NCBI GenBank assembly: GCA_024644945.1
Contig: JAHEGU010000006.1
Location: 39,143 to 103,142 of the forward strand
From: Gammaproteobacteria bacterium
GTDB lineage: Bacteria > Pseudomonadota > Gammaproteobacteria > Arenicellales > Poriferihabitantaceae
Direction: 5' to 3'
DNA length: 64,000 nucleotides
Below are positions 19,939-29,623 of the stretch, piece by piece. Both the position numbers and the translations under genes were made by a program. The stretch's first letter is position 1; each line of letters begins with the position of its first letter. The notes beneath the pieces were generated by a model, which worked only from the letters and a program-made list of their open reading frames with translations, had not been told where the DNA came from and searched no databases.

Positions 19939-20628
19939 TCAACCGTTTATTGACCAGTCCACAGGTTTCAGGCCATGCTGTTCCAGCCATTTATTACTCT
20001 TTGAGAAATGACCGCAGCCGAAGAATCCTCGATGCGCTGACAGCGGTGATGGATGCGGCGCCTTCAAAATCAAGTGTTTGTGCGGGTCTATGAAGTGGCC
20101 TTTCTTCTGCGCATAACTGCCCCAAAGCAGAAAAACAAGGCTGTCGCGCTGCTGGTCGAGGGCCTGAATGGCTCGGTCGGTGAATTGCTCCCAGCCCTTT
20201 CCCTGATGCGATCCTGCACGATTGCGTTCAACCGTGAGCGTAGCATTTAACAGTAATACACCCTGGGCGGCCCAACCTTGCAGACAACCGTTGGTCGGCC
20301 CGGAAATTCCAAGATCACTCCGAATCTCCTTAAAGATGTTCAGCAGCGATGGTGGAAATGGCACACCCGGAAGAACCGAAAAACAGAGCCCGTGCGCCTG
20401 TCCCGGCCCGTGATACGGATCTTGTCCCAGGATCACAACCTTCACCCGATGAAATGGTGTCGAGTTAAAAGCGTTGAACCAGTTATCGCTTGCAGGGTAA
20501 ATTATTTTGCGTTGAGATTTTTGTTGCTTCAGGAATGTTTTTAGCGACAACATATAAGGTTGCTGGAATTCATCCTCCAGCACCGCCAGCCATGAGGGCT
20601 CCAGTTCTATTGATCGATCAGTGTTCAA
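19939..20628 (-). CDS. ung: uracil-DNA glycosylase (family 1)
   Basis: 229 aa. [18 protein letters not shown] and [13 protein letters not shown] motifs. Apparent TTG start. Confidence 0.9.
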   Translation of the reverse strand: MNTDRSIELEPSWLAVLEDEFQQPYMLSLKTFLKQQKSQRKIIYPASDNWFNAFNSTPFHRVKVVILGQDPYHGPGQAHGLCFSVLPGVPFPPSLLNIFKEIRSDLGISGPTNGCLQGWAAQGVLLLNATLTVERNRAGSHQGKGWEQFTDRAIQALDQQRDSLVFLLWGSYAQKKGHFIDPHKHLILKAPHPSPLSAHRGFFGCGHFSKSNKWLEQHGLKPVDWSING

Positions 20629-20921
20629 TATCGGATCAGGAAAAAATACAGACTACCTTAATTGTTGACCGTGTGCATTAGAAAAGGTTTGGATGTACAA
20701 AATCGCGCCTGCACAGCGTAACGATAGTGGAAGCAACACCCTCTCCGAAAACTATCCCAGGTGCCCGCTGCTGGCGAACACGAGCAACGACCACAACAAG
20801 GTAACAAGGATCGTAGACCCTGCTCTCCAAGATCCTCTGACTAACAATTTCTGTCTATCAGTGAAGCAGTTGTTATGGCCCCCACTAAAGCACGCTCCCG
20901 CGGCAAATTTGCCGATCAGGA

Positions 20922-21716
20922 TCAAGCCACATCATGGGCTGCCAGAAATTTACGAATATGTCGAGCAAGATTATCAGGTTGCTCCACCGAGGGCAGATGC
21001 CCAGCGGAGGCAATCCTTTCATACCATGAGCCCTGAATCAGTAGCGCAAGGGATTCCACTACCTCGGGAGGTGTAGCGCCGTCTTCTTCTCCGCATATAC
21101 ACAGAGACGGTAACTTAAGTCGCGCACTAGTCTCACTGAGGTCAGCATCCCTTATTGATGCACAGGTTGCTAAATATCCTGATGCGGATGTGTGGCTGAA
21201 CATGTTGCGATAACCGCGCAACTGGGCAATCTGATGTTCTCTAAAATGCGCCGAAAACCAGCGTTCCATAACCGAGTCGGCAATGCCGTCCAAACCATTG
21301 TCGCTGATCGCCTGCATCCTTTCGTTCCACATCTCCACAGTGCCAATTTTCTGAGCCGTATCACATAGCACCAGAGCCTGAACCCGCTCCGCCATGCGTG
21401 CTGCAAATCTTTGCGCAATCATTCCGCCGACGGACACCCCGCATAAAATTACGCGATCTATGCCCAGGTACTCCAGCAGCGCGATCAGGTCGTCGACATG
21501 ATCATCCATTGTATAAGGGCCTTCGGGCACATCCGACAAACCATGGCCACGCTTATCATATAACACTACCCTGTAATCGTTAACCAAATCCAATGCAACG
21601 TCCTGCCAAATCCTGAAGTCCGTTCCCAGAGCGTTGGCAAACACAATAGTGTGTTTGGAGGGATTACCTGCCACTCCGTAGTGGATGGTAACGTTATTTA
21701 CTTTAGCAAAACGCAT
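20922..21716 (-). CDS. alpha/beta hydrolase, 3-oxoadipate enol-lactonase (PcaD)-like
   Basis: 264 aa. The N-terminus (VTIHYGVAGNPSKHTIVFANALGTDFRIWQ) and GVSVGGMIAQ nucleophile elbow resemble PcaD-type lactonases/hydrolases. Confidence 0.65.
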   Translation of the reverse strand: MRFAKVNNVTIHYGVAGNPSKHTIVFANALGTDFRIWQDVALDLVNDYRVVLYDKRGHGLSDVPEGPYTMDDHVDDLIALLEYLGIDRVILCGVSVGGMIAQRFAARMAERVQALVLCDTAQKIGTVEMWNERMQAISDNGLDGIADSVMERWFSAHFREHQIAQLRGYRNMFSHTSASGYLATCASIRDADLSETSARLKLPSLCICGEEDGATPPEVVESLALLIQGSWYERIASAGHLPSVEQPDNLARHIRKFLAAHDVA

Positions 21717-21804
21717 AGCAGTTTCTTATGATGCCTAAACTAGGGTCTTAGATAGTTGTAAAATTCAACGATTAAATGACCGAGTACTGTTACTTAATGC
21801 GCGG

Positions 21805-22506
21805 TCAAATTCCAAGATACTTCGATTTCAATTCTGGTTGCGCCGCGAGCGCATTGGAATCTCCTTCCCATACTACGGTGCCTTTCGCAATAATGTAGTG
21901 TTTATCCGCTATTTTTGACAGATCATCAATATTCTTGTCGATCAGTAATATTGTCAGACCGGATTGTTTCAGCCGCTGCAACCGATTCCAAATTTCCTGT
22001 CGAATCAGTGGCGCCAGGCCTTCGGTAGCTTCATCCAGAATAAGCAGTCCGGGATTCAGCATCAGCGCACGCCCAATTGCCAGCATTTGTTGCTCGCCAC
22101 CCGAGAGCTGGTTGCCCATATTACCAAGTCTCGGTTTCAGAGTTGGAAAAAATTCCATCACCTTGTCGAGATCCCAGGAGTCGCTGGATTTTGAAAAATT
22201 TGCCGCGGTAGCAATCAAATTCTCTCGTACGCTTAGATTCGGGAAAATCTGACGTCCCTCGGGAACAAGCCCAATTCCCCGCTGGGCCACCACATGGGCC
22301 GGTTTTCCGCTAATATTCTCCCCGTTGAATCGGATTTCACCACTCTTCGGCGGTACCGTTCCCATTATCGAATTCACGGTGGTGGTCTTACCCATACCGT
22401 TACGACCGATCAATGTCGTCACCTTGCCCTGATCTAAAGTTAAAGTAATACCGAACAGCACCTGGATCGACCCGTAGAAGGTTTCTACATTGTGCAGCTC
22501 AAGCAT
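21805..22506 (-). CDS. ABC transporter ATP-binding protein (LivF type)
   Basis: 233 aa from the ATG at 22506, which overlaps the upstream gene by 8 nt (ATGCTTGA). Walker A GRNGMGKTT and signature LSGGEQQ. Confidence 0.9.
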   Translation of the reverse strand: MLELHNVETFYGSIQVLFGITLTLDQGKVTTLIGRNGMGKTTTVNSIMGTVPPKSGEIRFNGENISGKPAHVVAQRGIGLVPEGRQIFPNLSVRENLIATAANFSKSSDSWDLDKVMEFFPTLKPRLGNMGNQLSGGEQQMLAIGRALMLNPGLLILDEATEGLAPLIRQEIWNRLQRLKQSGLTILLIDKNIDDLSKIADKHYIIAKGTVVWEGDSNALAAQPELKSKYLGI

Positions 22507-23251
22507 GTTCCTCTCCCAAATAAGCCTGCTGCACATCTGAATTGTTGCGGATTTTTTCAACCGTATCTGTGGCGATAATATGGCCGTTAACCAGCACCGA
22601 TAGACTATCAGCTAAGGAGAAGACCGCGTCCATATCATGCTCAATCAATAGTATGGTTTTATCTCCCTTCAGCCTGCTCAGTATTTCCACCATACGAGCC
22701 GTTTCTTCCGAACCCATACCTGCCATTGGCTCATCCAACAGCAGCAGTTTGGGACCCATTGCCAGCGCCATGGCAACTTCCAGCTGACGTCTTTCACCGT
22801 GGGACACCTGGGCAGCAATCCGGTCGGCGCGATCGTCCAAACCGACTTCCACTAAACTTTTCATGGCGGCATCGATCATTTCACCGTCGCGCTTTACCGA
22901 CGCCCAGAAACGAAACGAGTGCCCCTCACTGCCTTGAACTGCCAGCATCACATTCTCCAGCAATGTCATCGGCATAATGACACTGGTGATCTGAAACGAC
23001 CGCGCCAGCCCTGCGCGGGCACGGCGGGCAGTTGAGTATCCAGTGATGTTCCGGCCTTCGAACTCTATTCGCCCACTAGTAGGTTTTAACTGACCTGAAA
23101 GCTGAGAGATCAAAGTCGTTTTTCCGGCACCATTGGGACCAATAACCGCGTGCACCTGACCTTGCTCCACGCTCAAATAGAGTCTGCTTGTGGCAATGAT
23201 CCCGCCGAAATTTTTATTCAGATCGGTGACCTCCAACAGCGGCTGATTCAC
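22499..23251 (-). CDS. ABC transporter ATP-binding protein (LivG type)
   Basis: 250 aa. Walker A GPNGAGKTT, and a LivG-like N-terminus LLEVTDLNKNFGG. Confidence 0.9.
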   Translation of the reverse strand: MNQPLLEVTDLNKNFGGIIATSRLYLSVEQGQVHAVIGPNGAGKTTLISQLSGQLKPTSGRIEFEGRNITGYSTARRARAGLARSFQITSVIMPMTLLENVMLAVQGSEGHSFRFWASVKRDGEMIDAAMKSLVEVGLDDRADRIAAQVSHGERRQLEVAMALAMGPKLLLLDEPMAGMGSEETARMVEILSRLKGDKTILLIEHDMDAVFSLADSLSVLVNGHIIATDTVEKIRNNSDVQQAYLGEEHA

Positions 23252-24210
23252 CCGCGCTCCTCCTCGCTATCGAATGCACTCAGCCATCCATGAATACCGC
23301 CTTTTCCAAACAGCACCAGGGCAATCAGCATCAGCCCAAATATCAGGTGCCAGTAGATCGTAATGCGGGACAGGAACTCTTCGAGAAATACAAATGCCGC
23401 GGTTCCCACCAGTGGACCGAAGAGCGTCCCTGCGCCGCCCATAACCACCATAAATATCAACTCACCGGAGCGAGTCCAGCCCATCATTTCCGGACTAATG
23501 AAACTGGTAAAGTTACCAAGCAGCATACCTGCTATGCCACAGATCACCCCGGAGATCACATAACAGCTGAGCCTATATCGATAAGTGCTATAACCGAGTG
23601 ACTGCATACGATCCTCGTTGAATCGTGAGCCAACGATTACCCGGCCAAAACGCGCATGCACCAGCCTATGAATGAAAAACAGCGTAATTAACAACACTGT
23701 AAAAATCCAGTAATACAGGGCCACCGGGCTATCCATACTAAGCCAGGTGGGGAACTCACTGCGCAGATAAATCACCAATCCGTCGTCCCCCCCATACTCT
23801 TCGAGACTGACAAAAGTGAAGTACACCATCTGACTAAATGCCAGCGTGATCATAATAAAGTAGACGCCCTTGGTACGCAGACATATCGCACCGGTCACCA
23901 GAGCGAAAAGGCCGCTGACCAGCACCGTTAGCCCGAGATGCAGCCAGCCATTGTAAAAATCATAGTAGGCAGGAATCCCAACACAGTATGCGCCGATACC
24001 TATATATGCTGCATGCCCCAGGCTGACCATACCTCCATAACCGAGAATAAGGTTGAGACTGAGCGCAGCGACCGCAAGAATCAGGCCCCGACTTAACAGA
24101 TCGAGATAAAACGGTTCATCGATTACGCTGAAAATCCAGGGTGCAATGGCGAGCAAGACCAGAAATCCGGTGTAAACAGTTGCGGAAACAGTTCTTGGCA
24201 GTATCCGCAT
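23248..24210 (-). CDS. branched-chain-amino-acid-type ABC permease (LivM type)
   Basis: 320 aa polytopic protein with ATGA overlap with the ATPase gene. Confidence 0.85.
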   Translation of the reverse strand: MRILPRTVSATVYTGFLVLLAIAPWIFSVIDEPFYLDLLSRGLILAVAALSLNLILGYGGMVSLGHAAYIGIGAYCVGIPAYYDFYNGWLHLGLTVLVSGLFALVTGAICLRTKGVYFIMITLAFSQMVYFTFVSLEEYGGDDGLVIYLRSEFPTWLSMDSPVALYYWIFTVLLITLFFIHRLVHARFGRVIVGSRFNEDRMQSLGYSTYRYRLSCYVISGVICGIAGMLLGNFTSFISPEMMGWTRSGELIFMVVMGGAGTLFGPLVGTAAFVFLEEFLSRITIYWHLIFGLMLIALVLFGKGGIHGWLSAFDSEEERG

Positions 24211-25133
24211 TACTTGCTGCCCGCGGGTGGAAACAATCCCTGGGGTCGGAATGCCAGCACCACTGCCATCAGGATATAGACCAGCATCGCCGAAAGTGCG
24301 GGAGCGGCAGTCTCCGCATACTTTGTCGGCATTGACAACTCGAGCACATCATCGAGATAGGATCGGCCGAGGGTATCCATTAATCCAATGATAAGTGCAG
24401 CGTAGAAGGCGCCCTTTATCGAGCCAATACCACCCACAATCACGACTACGAATGCAATGATGATAATTTCATTGCCCATGCCTATGCTGGCCTCGGTTAT
24501 TGGCGCGATCAACATCCCGGCAAAACCTGACATCGTGGCGCCGATCGCAAACACAATCAAAAAAAGTTTGTTGATGTTTACACCAAGTGCTTCCACCATG
24601 GTGCGGTTGGATGCCCCTGCTCTGATCAGCATACCGAGGCGTGTTTTCGAGACCATGATATAGAGAATGGCAGCAACCAGCAGTCCGCTCATAATGATTA
24701 CCAGCCGATATGTTGGTAACACAAGAGTGCCCAGACTGACCTGCCCGTTTAGTACTTCCGGCAACGGTATTGCCATCCCTGCCGCTCCCCAAACCATGTG
24801 GACCAGGGTATCAAAAACCAGAATCAGGCCAAATGTCACCAGCACATGATCAAGATGATCGCTGCGATATAACCTCCTTGCAATGAACCACTCCACCGCC
24901 GCACCGATGGCAAATGTGCATATCAGCCCGACTACAATTCCAGACAGCAGTGAGCCCGACATCGATACCACAGTGCCGCAAAAGTAGGCGCCGATCATGT
25001 AAAACGATCCGTGGGACAGATTGATGAAATCCATGATCCCGAATATCAGGGTCAGCCCGGAAGCGAGCAGAAACAGAAGCAGGCCAAGCTGCAGGCCGTT
25101 CAGCACCTGAGTGATCAGCAGATTCCAGTCCAT
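24210..25133 (-). CDS. branched-chain-amino-acid-type ABC permease (LivH type)
   Basis: 307 aa. N-terminus QVLNGLQLGLLLFLLASGLTLIFG is typical of LivH. TAATG overlap with the next gene. Confidence 0.85.
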   Translation of the reverse strand: MDWNLLITQVLNGLQLGLLLFLLASGLTLIFGIMDFINLSHGSFYMIGAYFCGTVVSMSGSLLSGIVVGLICTFAIGAAVEWFIARRLYRSDHLDHVLVTFGLILVFDTLVHMVWGAAGMAIPLPEVLNGQVSLGTLVLPTYRLVIIMSGLLVAAILYIMVSKTRLGMLIRAGASNRTMVEALGVNINKLFLIVFAIGATMSGFAGMLIAPITEASIGMGNEIIIIAFVVVIVGGIGSIKGAFYAALIIGLMDTLGRSYLDDVLELSMPTKYAETAAPALSAMLVYILMAVVLAFRPQGLFPPAGSK

Positions 25134-25241
25134 TACTAGAAAGTATTATTAATCAGAGTAATCCAGGTATAAAGTAAAAGCGCGCCGCCACCGGCTTGCG
25201 GTGAGGGCGCGCTCCCTGGCCTTGATCAACCGATTGCTAAG

Positions 25242-26435
25242 CTATAGTGCGCACTCGGCAGCGTATGGATCCTGGTGATTCTCTAACACCGTGCTCACGA
25301 TCTTGGTAGTCCATCTACCCTGATCATCTTTTACCACCTCTCGCAGATAGAAGTTCTGGATCGGCATATGATTGTTACCATAAGTATACTTACCACGCAC
25401 CGAATCGTAGTCAGCTGCTTTCATCGCAGCTCGAAGTCCGTCCATGTCACCAAGATTTCCGTCCACTGCTTCTACCGCGCTCTTTATCAGCATTATAGAA
25501 TCATAAGCCTGCGCCGCATAGAAGGAAGGATAGCGATCATACTTAGCGAGGAAACCGTCGACAAATTTCTTATTCGCTGCGATATCCAGGTCAGGTGACC
25601 AGAACTGCGTCATCTTAGATCCCAATACACCTTCAAGACCACCCGCCTGCAATTTTGGCAATGCAATCGCATCAACTGTAAATACAGTATATAGCGGCAT
25701 AACACCCTGAAGCCCAGCCTGCTGATACTGCTTGATAAACGCACCACCCGCCTTGCCTGGATAAAAAATGAATATTCCCTCAGCGCCTGAAGCTTTAGCC
25801 TTAGCTAACTCGGCAGAAAAATCCAACTGAGCATCTGCGCCCCACTTGGTGAAATCCTTGCCGACCACATTACCTTTAAAAGTTTTTTCCACACCAGCGA
25901 CCATATCCTTCCCGGCAGCATAATTAGGCGCCATGATATACAGAGATTTGACACCCTGTTGCGAAAGATACTCACCCATCGCCATCGGCGTCTGGTCATT
26001 CTGCCATGAGGTTGAGAAAAAGTTTTCGTGACACAATTCACCAGCAATCTTGGATGGTCCAGCATTTGCGCTGATCAGAAACTTGCCAGCGTCCAGGGCT
26101 GATTTCATTGACGCAAGCAGCACATGTGACCAGATGTAGCCCACCACGAAATCCACATCATCCTGCTTCACAAGTTTGTCGGTTTTCTGTTTTCCGATAT
26201 CCGGTTTAAAACCGTCATCTTCCATGATCAGTTCCACATCAAGACTGCCCATCTTGTTGTCGATATGTTCGAGAGCCAGATTCACAGCATCCTGTATGTC
26301 GGCGCCGATGACACCTGCAGGCGTTGTGAGTGTGGTGACAAAACCGATTTTGACACTATCGGCCTGAGCCATACCGGCTCCAGCCATGGCGGTCGCCAAC
26401 AAAGCGCTGCCAACTAGTTTAGGGATTATTTTCAC
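25242..26435 (-). CDS. ABC substrate-binding protein (LivK/LivJ, periplasmic binding protein type I)
   Basis: 397 aa from the GTG at 26435, with GAGGAA 7 nt upstream. Signal peptide VKIIPKLVGSALLATAMAGAGMAQA, then DSVKIGFVTTLT typical of the family. Confidence 0.85.
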   Translation of the reverse strand: MKIIPKLVGSALLATAMAGAGMAQADSVKIGFVTTLTTPAGVIGADIQDAVNLALEHIDNKMGSLDVELIMEDDGFKPDIGKQKTDKLVKQDDVDFVVGYIWSHVLLASMKSALDAGKFLISANAGPSKIAGELCHENFFSTSWQNDQTPMAMGEYLSQQGVKSLYIMAPNYAAGKDMVAGVEKTFKGNVVGKDFTKWGADAQLDFSAELAKAKASGAEGIFIFYPGKAGGAFIKQYQQAGLQGVMPLYTVFTVDAIALPKLQAGGLEGVLGSKMTQFWSPDLDIAANKKFVDGFLAKYDRYPSFYAAQAYDSIMLIKSAVEAVDGNLGDMDGLRAAMKAADYDSVRGKYTYGNNHMPIQNFYLREVVKDDQGRWTTKIVSTVLENHQDPYAAECAL

Positions 26436-26615
26436 GTGAGAATTCCTCGCAGTACGTATGTAATAGATATATTGTTTTCTAATGAATTTGAGCAGGACCT
26501 TAACGAGGCGAGCAGATGCCTGCCTTCGGACCCGTTGATCATATATTAGCGTCTTTTGCCACGCTTTACACCTGTTCAGCTGACATACCGCCTGCAACCA
26601 GGCCCTATGCTCCTC

Positions 26616-28070
26616 TTAGAACAGGGAAAAATACTCCGTGTGCTCCCAATCAGAAACGGTGTGCATGAAACGGGTCCATTCCGCTCGCTTTATATGAGCG
26701 TAATAGTCTACAAAATCCTGCCCGAGTTTGCTGCGGTAGAACTCGCTTGACTGAAATGCTTCCAATGCCTGGAACAAGCTTTCAGGTAGCCTCGCCGCGT
26801 CGCCCTGGTACGGCCTTTCTGATGCAGTCGGTGCTTGCTTTTCCTGTTCAATCCCATCAAGGCCGCTCAATACCTGAGAAGTGATGTAGAGGTAGGGATT
26901 TGCCGCAGGTTCACCGACCCGATTTTCAACCCGTGAATTAGGATTCCCGCTATCACAAAGCGAACGCACCATAGCGCCGCGATTGTCCTGTCCCCATTGC
27001 ACCCTGTCAGGGGCCAGGGCAAAAGGCTGGTAGCGCTTGTAACCATTGATCGTCGGGGTCGTTAGCAGGCAACTTTCGAGGCCATGGTCCAATATTCCAG
27101 CAATCCATTGCGCACCCAACTGTGACAGTACTTCACCCTCATCGGGCACGAACATGTTGCGTCCTGAATCAAGTGCGACAACTGACTGGTGAAGGTGCCA
27201 GCCGTTGCCCATTGCATTTTCAAGATTGGGCCTGCACATGAACGTTGCGTGGTAACCCTCGCGTCTGCAGACCTGTTTCACCATACTCCGAAACAAAGTC
27301 ATATTATCGGCTGTCCGCAAGGCGGTATCCGGGTGAAATGTCACTTCGAACTGGCTCGGCCCAAACTCAGTTTCCAGTGATCTGAGCGGCAGATTAAGCG
27401 CGTCAGCATGATACCGGATCAGATCCATTACCGGTTCAATCTGATCATAATTCTGTTCAGTGAGGTATTGGTAACCGTGCGACAGTAACCGCGTCGCAGG
27501 CGGCGCATGTGGTTTTCCTGAATGGTGGTGCTCCAAATTCAGGTCGGTCAGCTGATAGACATAGAACTCCACTTCGAGCCCGCACATCAGATCAAGATTC
27601 CGTTGATGCAGTCGTTCCAGAGCACGCTTCAATATTCCCCGGGTACACAACTCGAGTGGCGAACCATCACTAAAATACAAATCACCAAGCAGCCATCCCG
27701 TCGATTTTGCCCATGGAAGTATTTTGAATGTACTTGGATCGGGCAGCATCAAAATGTCCGATGCGCCAGTCAACAGGCCTTTACCAAATCCTGCGTCCTC
27801 GCCCCAGACCGGAAACACCGTAGTATGAGAGGTATCCTTGAGCAAAAGTGTGCTGGTTATGGAGACACCGCTTTCAATTAGGCTTGCCAGGTCCGCCGCC
27901 ATGACCACCTTGCCCCGCAGCACGCCGTGTTGATCGGCAAATGAAATTCTTACGGTCTCCACACCGTGCGCCGATACAATTTCGAGCAACTCCTTGGCCG
28001 CCTGCTTCCGATCTGAATTCCGAAAACCATGAGGCGAGGCAAATCCCTCTGAATCGGTCGAGATATTCAT
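26616..28070 (-). CDS. glutamine synthetase family protein, gamma-glutamyl-amine ligase type (PuuA/GmaS/IpuC/TdnQ-like)
   Basis: 484 aa. GS beta-grasp N-domain (VETVRISFADQHGVLRGK) and GS catalytic domain (GLEVEFYV, NGWHLHQS, ENRVGEPAANPYL). Its start lies 2 nt after the Rieske gene stop. Confidence 0.8.
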   Translation of the reverse strand: MNISTDSEGFASPHGFRNSDRKQAAKELLEIVSAHGVETVRISFADQHGVLRGKVVMAADLASLIESGVSITSTLLLKDTSHTTVFPVWGEDAGFGKGLLTGASDILMLPDPSTFKILPWAKSTGWLLGDLYFSDGSPLELCTRGILKRALERLHQRNLDLMCGLEVEFYVYQLTDLNLEHHHSGKPHAPPATRLLSHGYQYLTEQNYDQIEPVMDLIRYHADALNLPLRSLETEFGPSQFEVTFHPDTALRTADNMTLFRSMVKQVCRREGYHATFMCRPNLENAMGNGWHLHQSVVALDSGRNMFVPDEGEVLSQLGAQWIAGILDHGLESCLLTTPTINGYKRYQPFALAPDRVQWGQDNRGAMVRSLCDSGNPNSRVENRVGEPAANPYLYITSQVLSGLDGIEQEKQAPTASERPYQGDAARLPESLFQALEAFQSSEFYRSKLGQDFVDYYAHIKRAEWTRFMHTVSDWEHTEYFSLF

Positions 28071-28072
28071 GC

Positions 28073-29407
28073 TCAGGCTGCCGAAGAATCCAGGTCAGCC
28101 GGCCACGTAGCCCTGGAACGTCTCTGCTTCTCAGCCTTGACCCACTCAGTCTGCCAGTCCTCGTTGCCGGTAATCGCGTCGATCGCCATCGGTCCGTGTA
28201 TATCTGAAAGTCCTTGAGCGATCCCTCGCATCGGTAAATCATCATCCTGACCCTGGTCGACGCGTTCGATCATCTCCTTAAGCAGCCGGCGATAGCTGAT
28301 AATTCCCACGTCACTGCGCCCCAGGTGTTCATCAGTGCGATCCTGTATGGGCCCCATTGATTCGCAGGCCCATTGGTCATGAACGTTGATATCCTGGCCC
28401 ATCCCAGTAAAAGTCAATGTCCGCTGCTCGTCGGGATTATAGTGATACTGATTGGTCCGATTTTTGAGCGGCACGTAGTCTGGCAACGTGTGCTCCATTA
28501 GTCTCTGAGCACGCATGGTGTCTTTATCCACCGCGTCACCGAAGCTGGTAAACATCGAGTACCAATAACAACTAAAGTCATCCACCGGTACATGCCATTG
28601 GGTAATATTCATATGCTTTGACATGGGAATGGTGATTGCACATGGAAATATCTGGTTAGTGACTCTTACATGCATACGATCCGCATCCAGCTGTCTCAGA
28701 CTGAGCAGGCGCAAACCATATTCCGTTGATTCAACTTCTATTTTCGGCCGAGGATATTCCCGCAATAGCCTGGTCATCGGAATCTCTGTATCGGCCGCAG
28801 CATCCCGAAACTGCTTGCCATAACTATCGGCCGGATCCTCATCTTCGAGAAACCGATGCAAGAATGAAGCGTGAGCCGGATCAATTCCGACTTCCAAAGC
28901 TTGCAACCAGTTACACTGCCACAGCCCTTTAAAGGCAAACACATGGCTGTCTGGCGCACGAAAACAATCGAAGTCCGGAAATTCGGGTGGCTCACCAGGT
29001 CCCATGTAAGCAAAGATCACCCCGTTTATTTCTGTCACGGGATAGTTGGTTGCTCTGATCTGCTCATGCATCCTGCTTTTTTCAGGCTCGGCGGGCGTTT
29101 CAAGACATCGACCTTGCACGTCAAACAACCAGCCATGAAATGCGCAGCGCAATCCACTATCCTCAAGTCGGCCGTAACAAAGATCGGCGCCTCGATGCGG
29201 GCAGTGTCGCTGCAACAATCCAGCCTCGCCACGATCATCCCGAAACAATACCAGATCTTCACCCATCAACCTTACCGGCACCACCGGCCTGTCAACTTTC
29301 AGTTCGTCGCTGAGTGCCACTGGCATCCAATATCGACGCAGCAGTTCACCCGCAGGCTGGCCTTTACCAGTCAGTGTCAGGTATTCGTTCTGTTCACGGC
29401 TCATCAT
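28073..29407 (-). CDS. Rieske non-heme iron oxygenase, homomeric phthalate/KshA-type alpha subunit
   Basis: 444 aa. Rieske motif CPHRG-x16-CAFHGW and mononuclear iron motif DPAHASFLH. No beta subunit or reductase gene is adjacent. Confidence 0.85.
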   Translation of the reverse strand: MMSREQNEYLTLTGKGQPAGELLRRYWMPVALSDELKVDRPVVPVRLMGEDLVLFRDDRGEAGLLQRHCPHRGADLCYGRLEDSGLRCAFHGWLFDVQGRCLETPAEPEKSRMHEQIRATNYPVTEINGVIFAYMGPGEPPEFPDFDCFRAPDSHVFAFKGLWQCNWLQALEVGIDPAHASFLHRFLEDEDPADSYGKQFRDAAADTEIPMTRLLREYPRPKIEVESTEYGLRLLSLRQLDADRMHVRVTNQIFPCAITIPMSKHMNITQWHVPVDDFSCYWYSMFTSFGDAVDKDTMRAQRLMEHTLPDYVPLKNRTNQYHYNPDEQRTLTFTGMGQDINVHDQWACESMGPIQDRTDEHLGRSDVGIISYRRLLKEMIERVDQGQDDDLPMRGIAQGLSDIHGPMAIDAITGNEDWQTEWVKAEKQRRSRATWPADLDSSAA

Positions 29408-29623
29408 GGCCGTGGTCCTCTCTGTTGATATTTTTTGGAATCATACTGAAATCGACAATGCCTGTCATTGTGGTCCGCTTTCGGCAAAACCAAAATTACC
29501 GGCAATCCTTAATCTGTATTCAGCCGGATCTGGTAGGAGTTTGCTAAAAGTCTGGGGTCGAACTCTTCTCGTTCAGTTGACGGCTGTATAATTTGGATTA
29601 AATTTGCTGGCTAGAATCCGCAC

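Noticed and set aside
20693-21076. 127-aa plus-strand ORF spanning the ung/hydrolase intergenic region
   Set aside because: It overlaps the 3' end of the well-supported hydrolase gene, has no recognisable motif or RBS, and has a low-complexity composition.
26436-26597. 54-codon extension of the ABC substrate-binding protein ORF
   Set aside because: A GTG at 26435 with GAGGAA 7 nt upstream is followed immediately by a classical signal peptide. The extension has no signal-like or family-like features.
28871-29428. 185-aa plus-strand ORF antisense to the Rieske oxygenase gene
   Set aside because: Same reasoning. The Rieske and iron motifs validate the minus-strand frame. Similar antisense ORFs (964-1500, 47343-47882, 49339-49836, 59025-59465, 35203-35655) were rejected for the same reason.
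29577-29592. TTGACG and TATAAT hexamers upstream of the DapA-family gene, considered as a single promoter
   Set aside because: They are only 4 nt apart, so they cannot be a -35/-10 pair. Each would need a different partner (for example TTGACG-N16-TAAATT at 29599-29604), which I cannot distinguish without mapping data.
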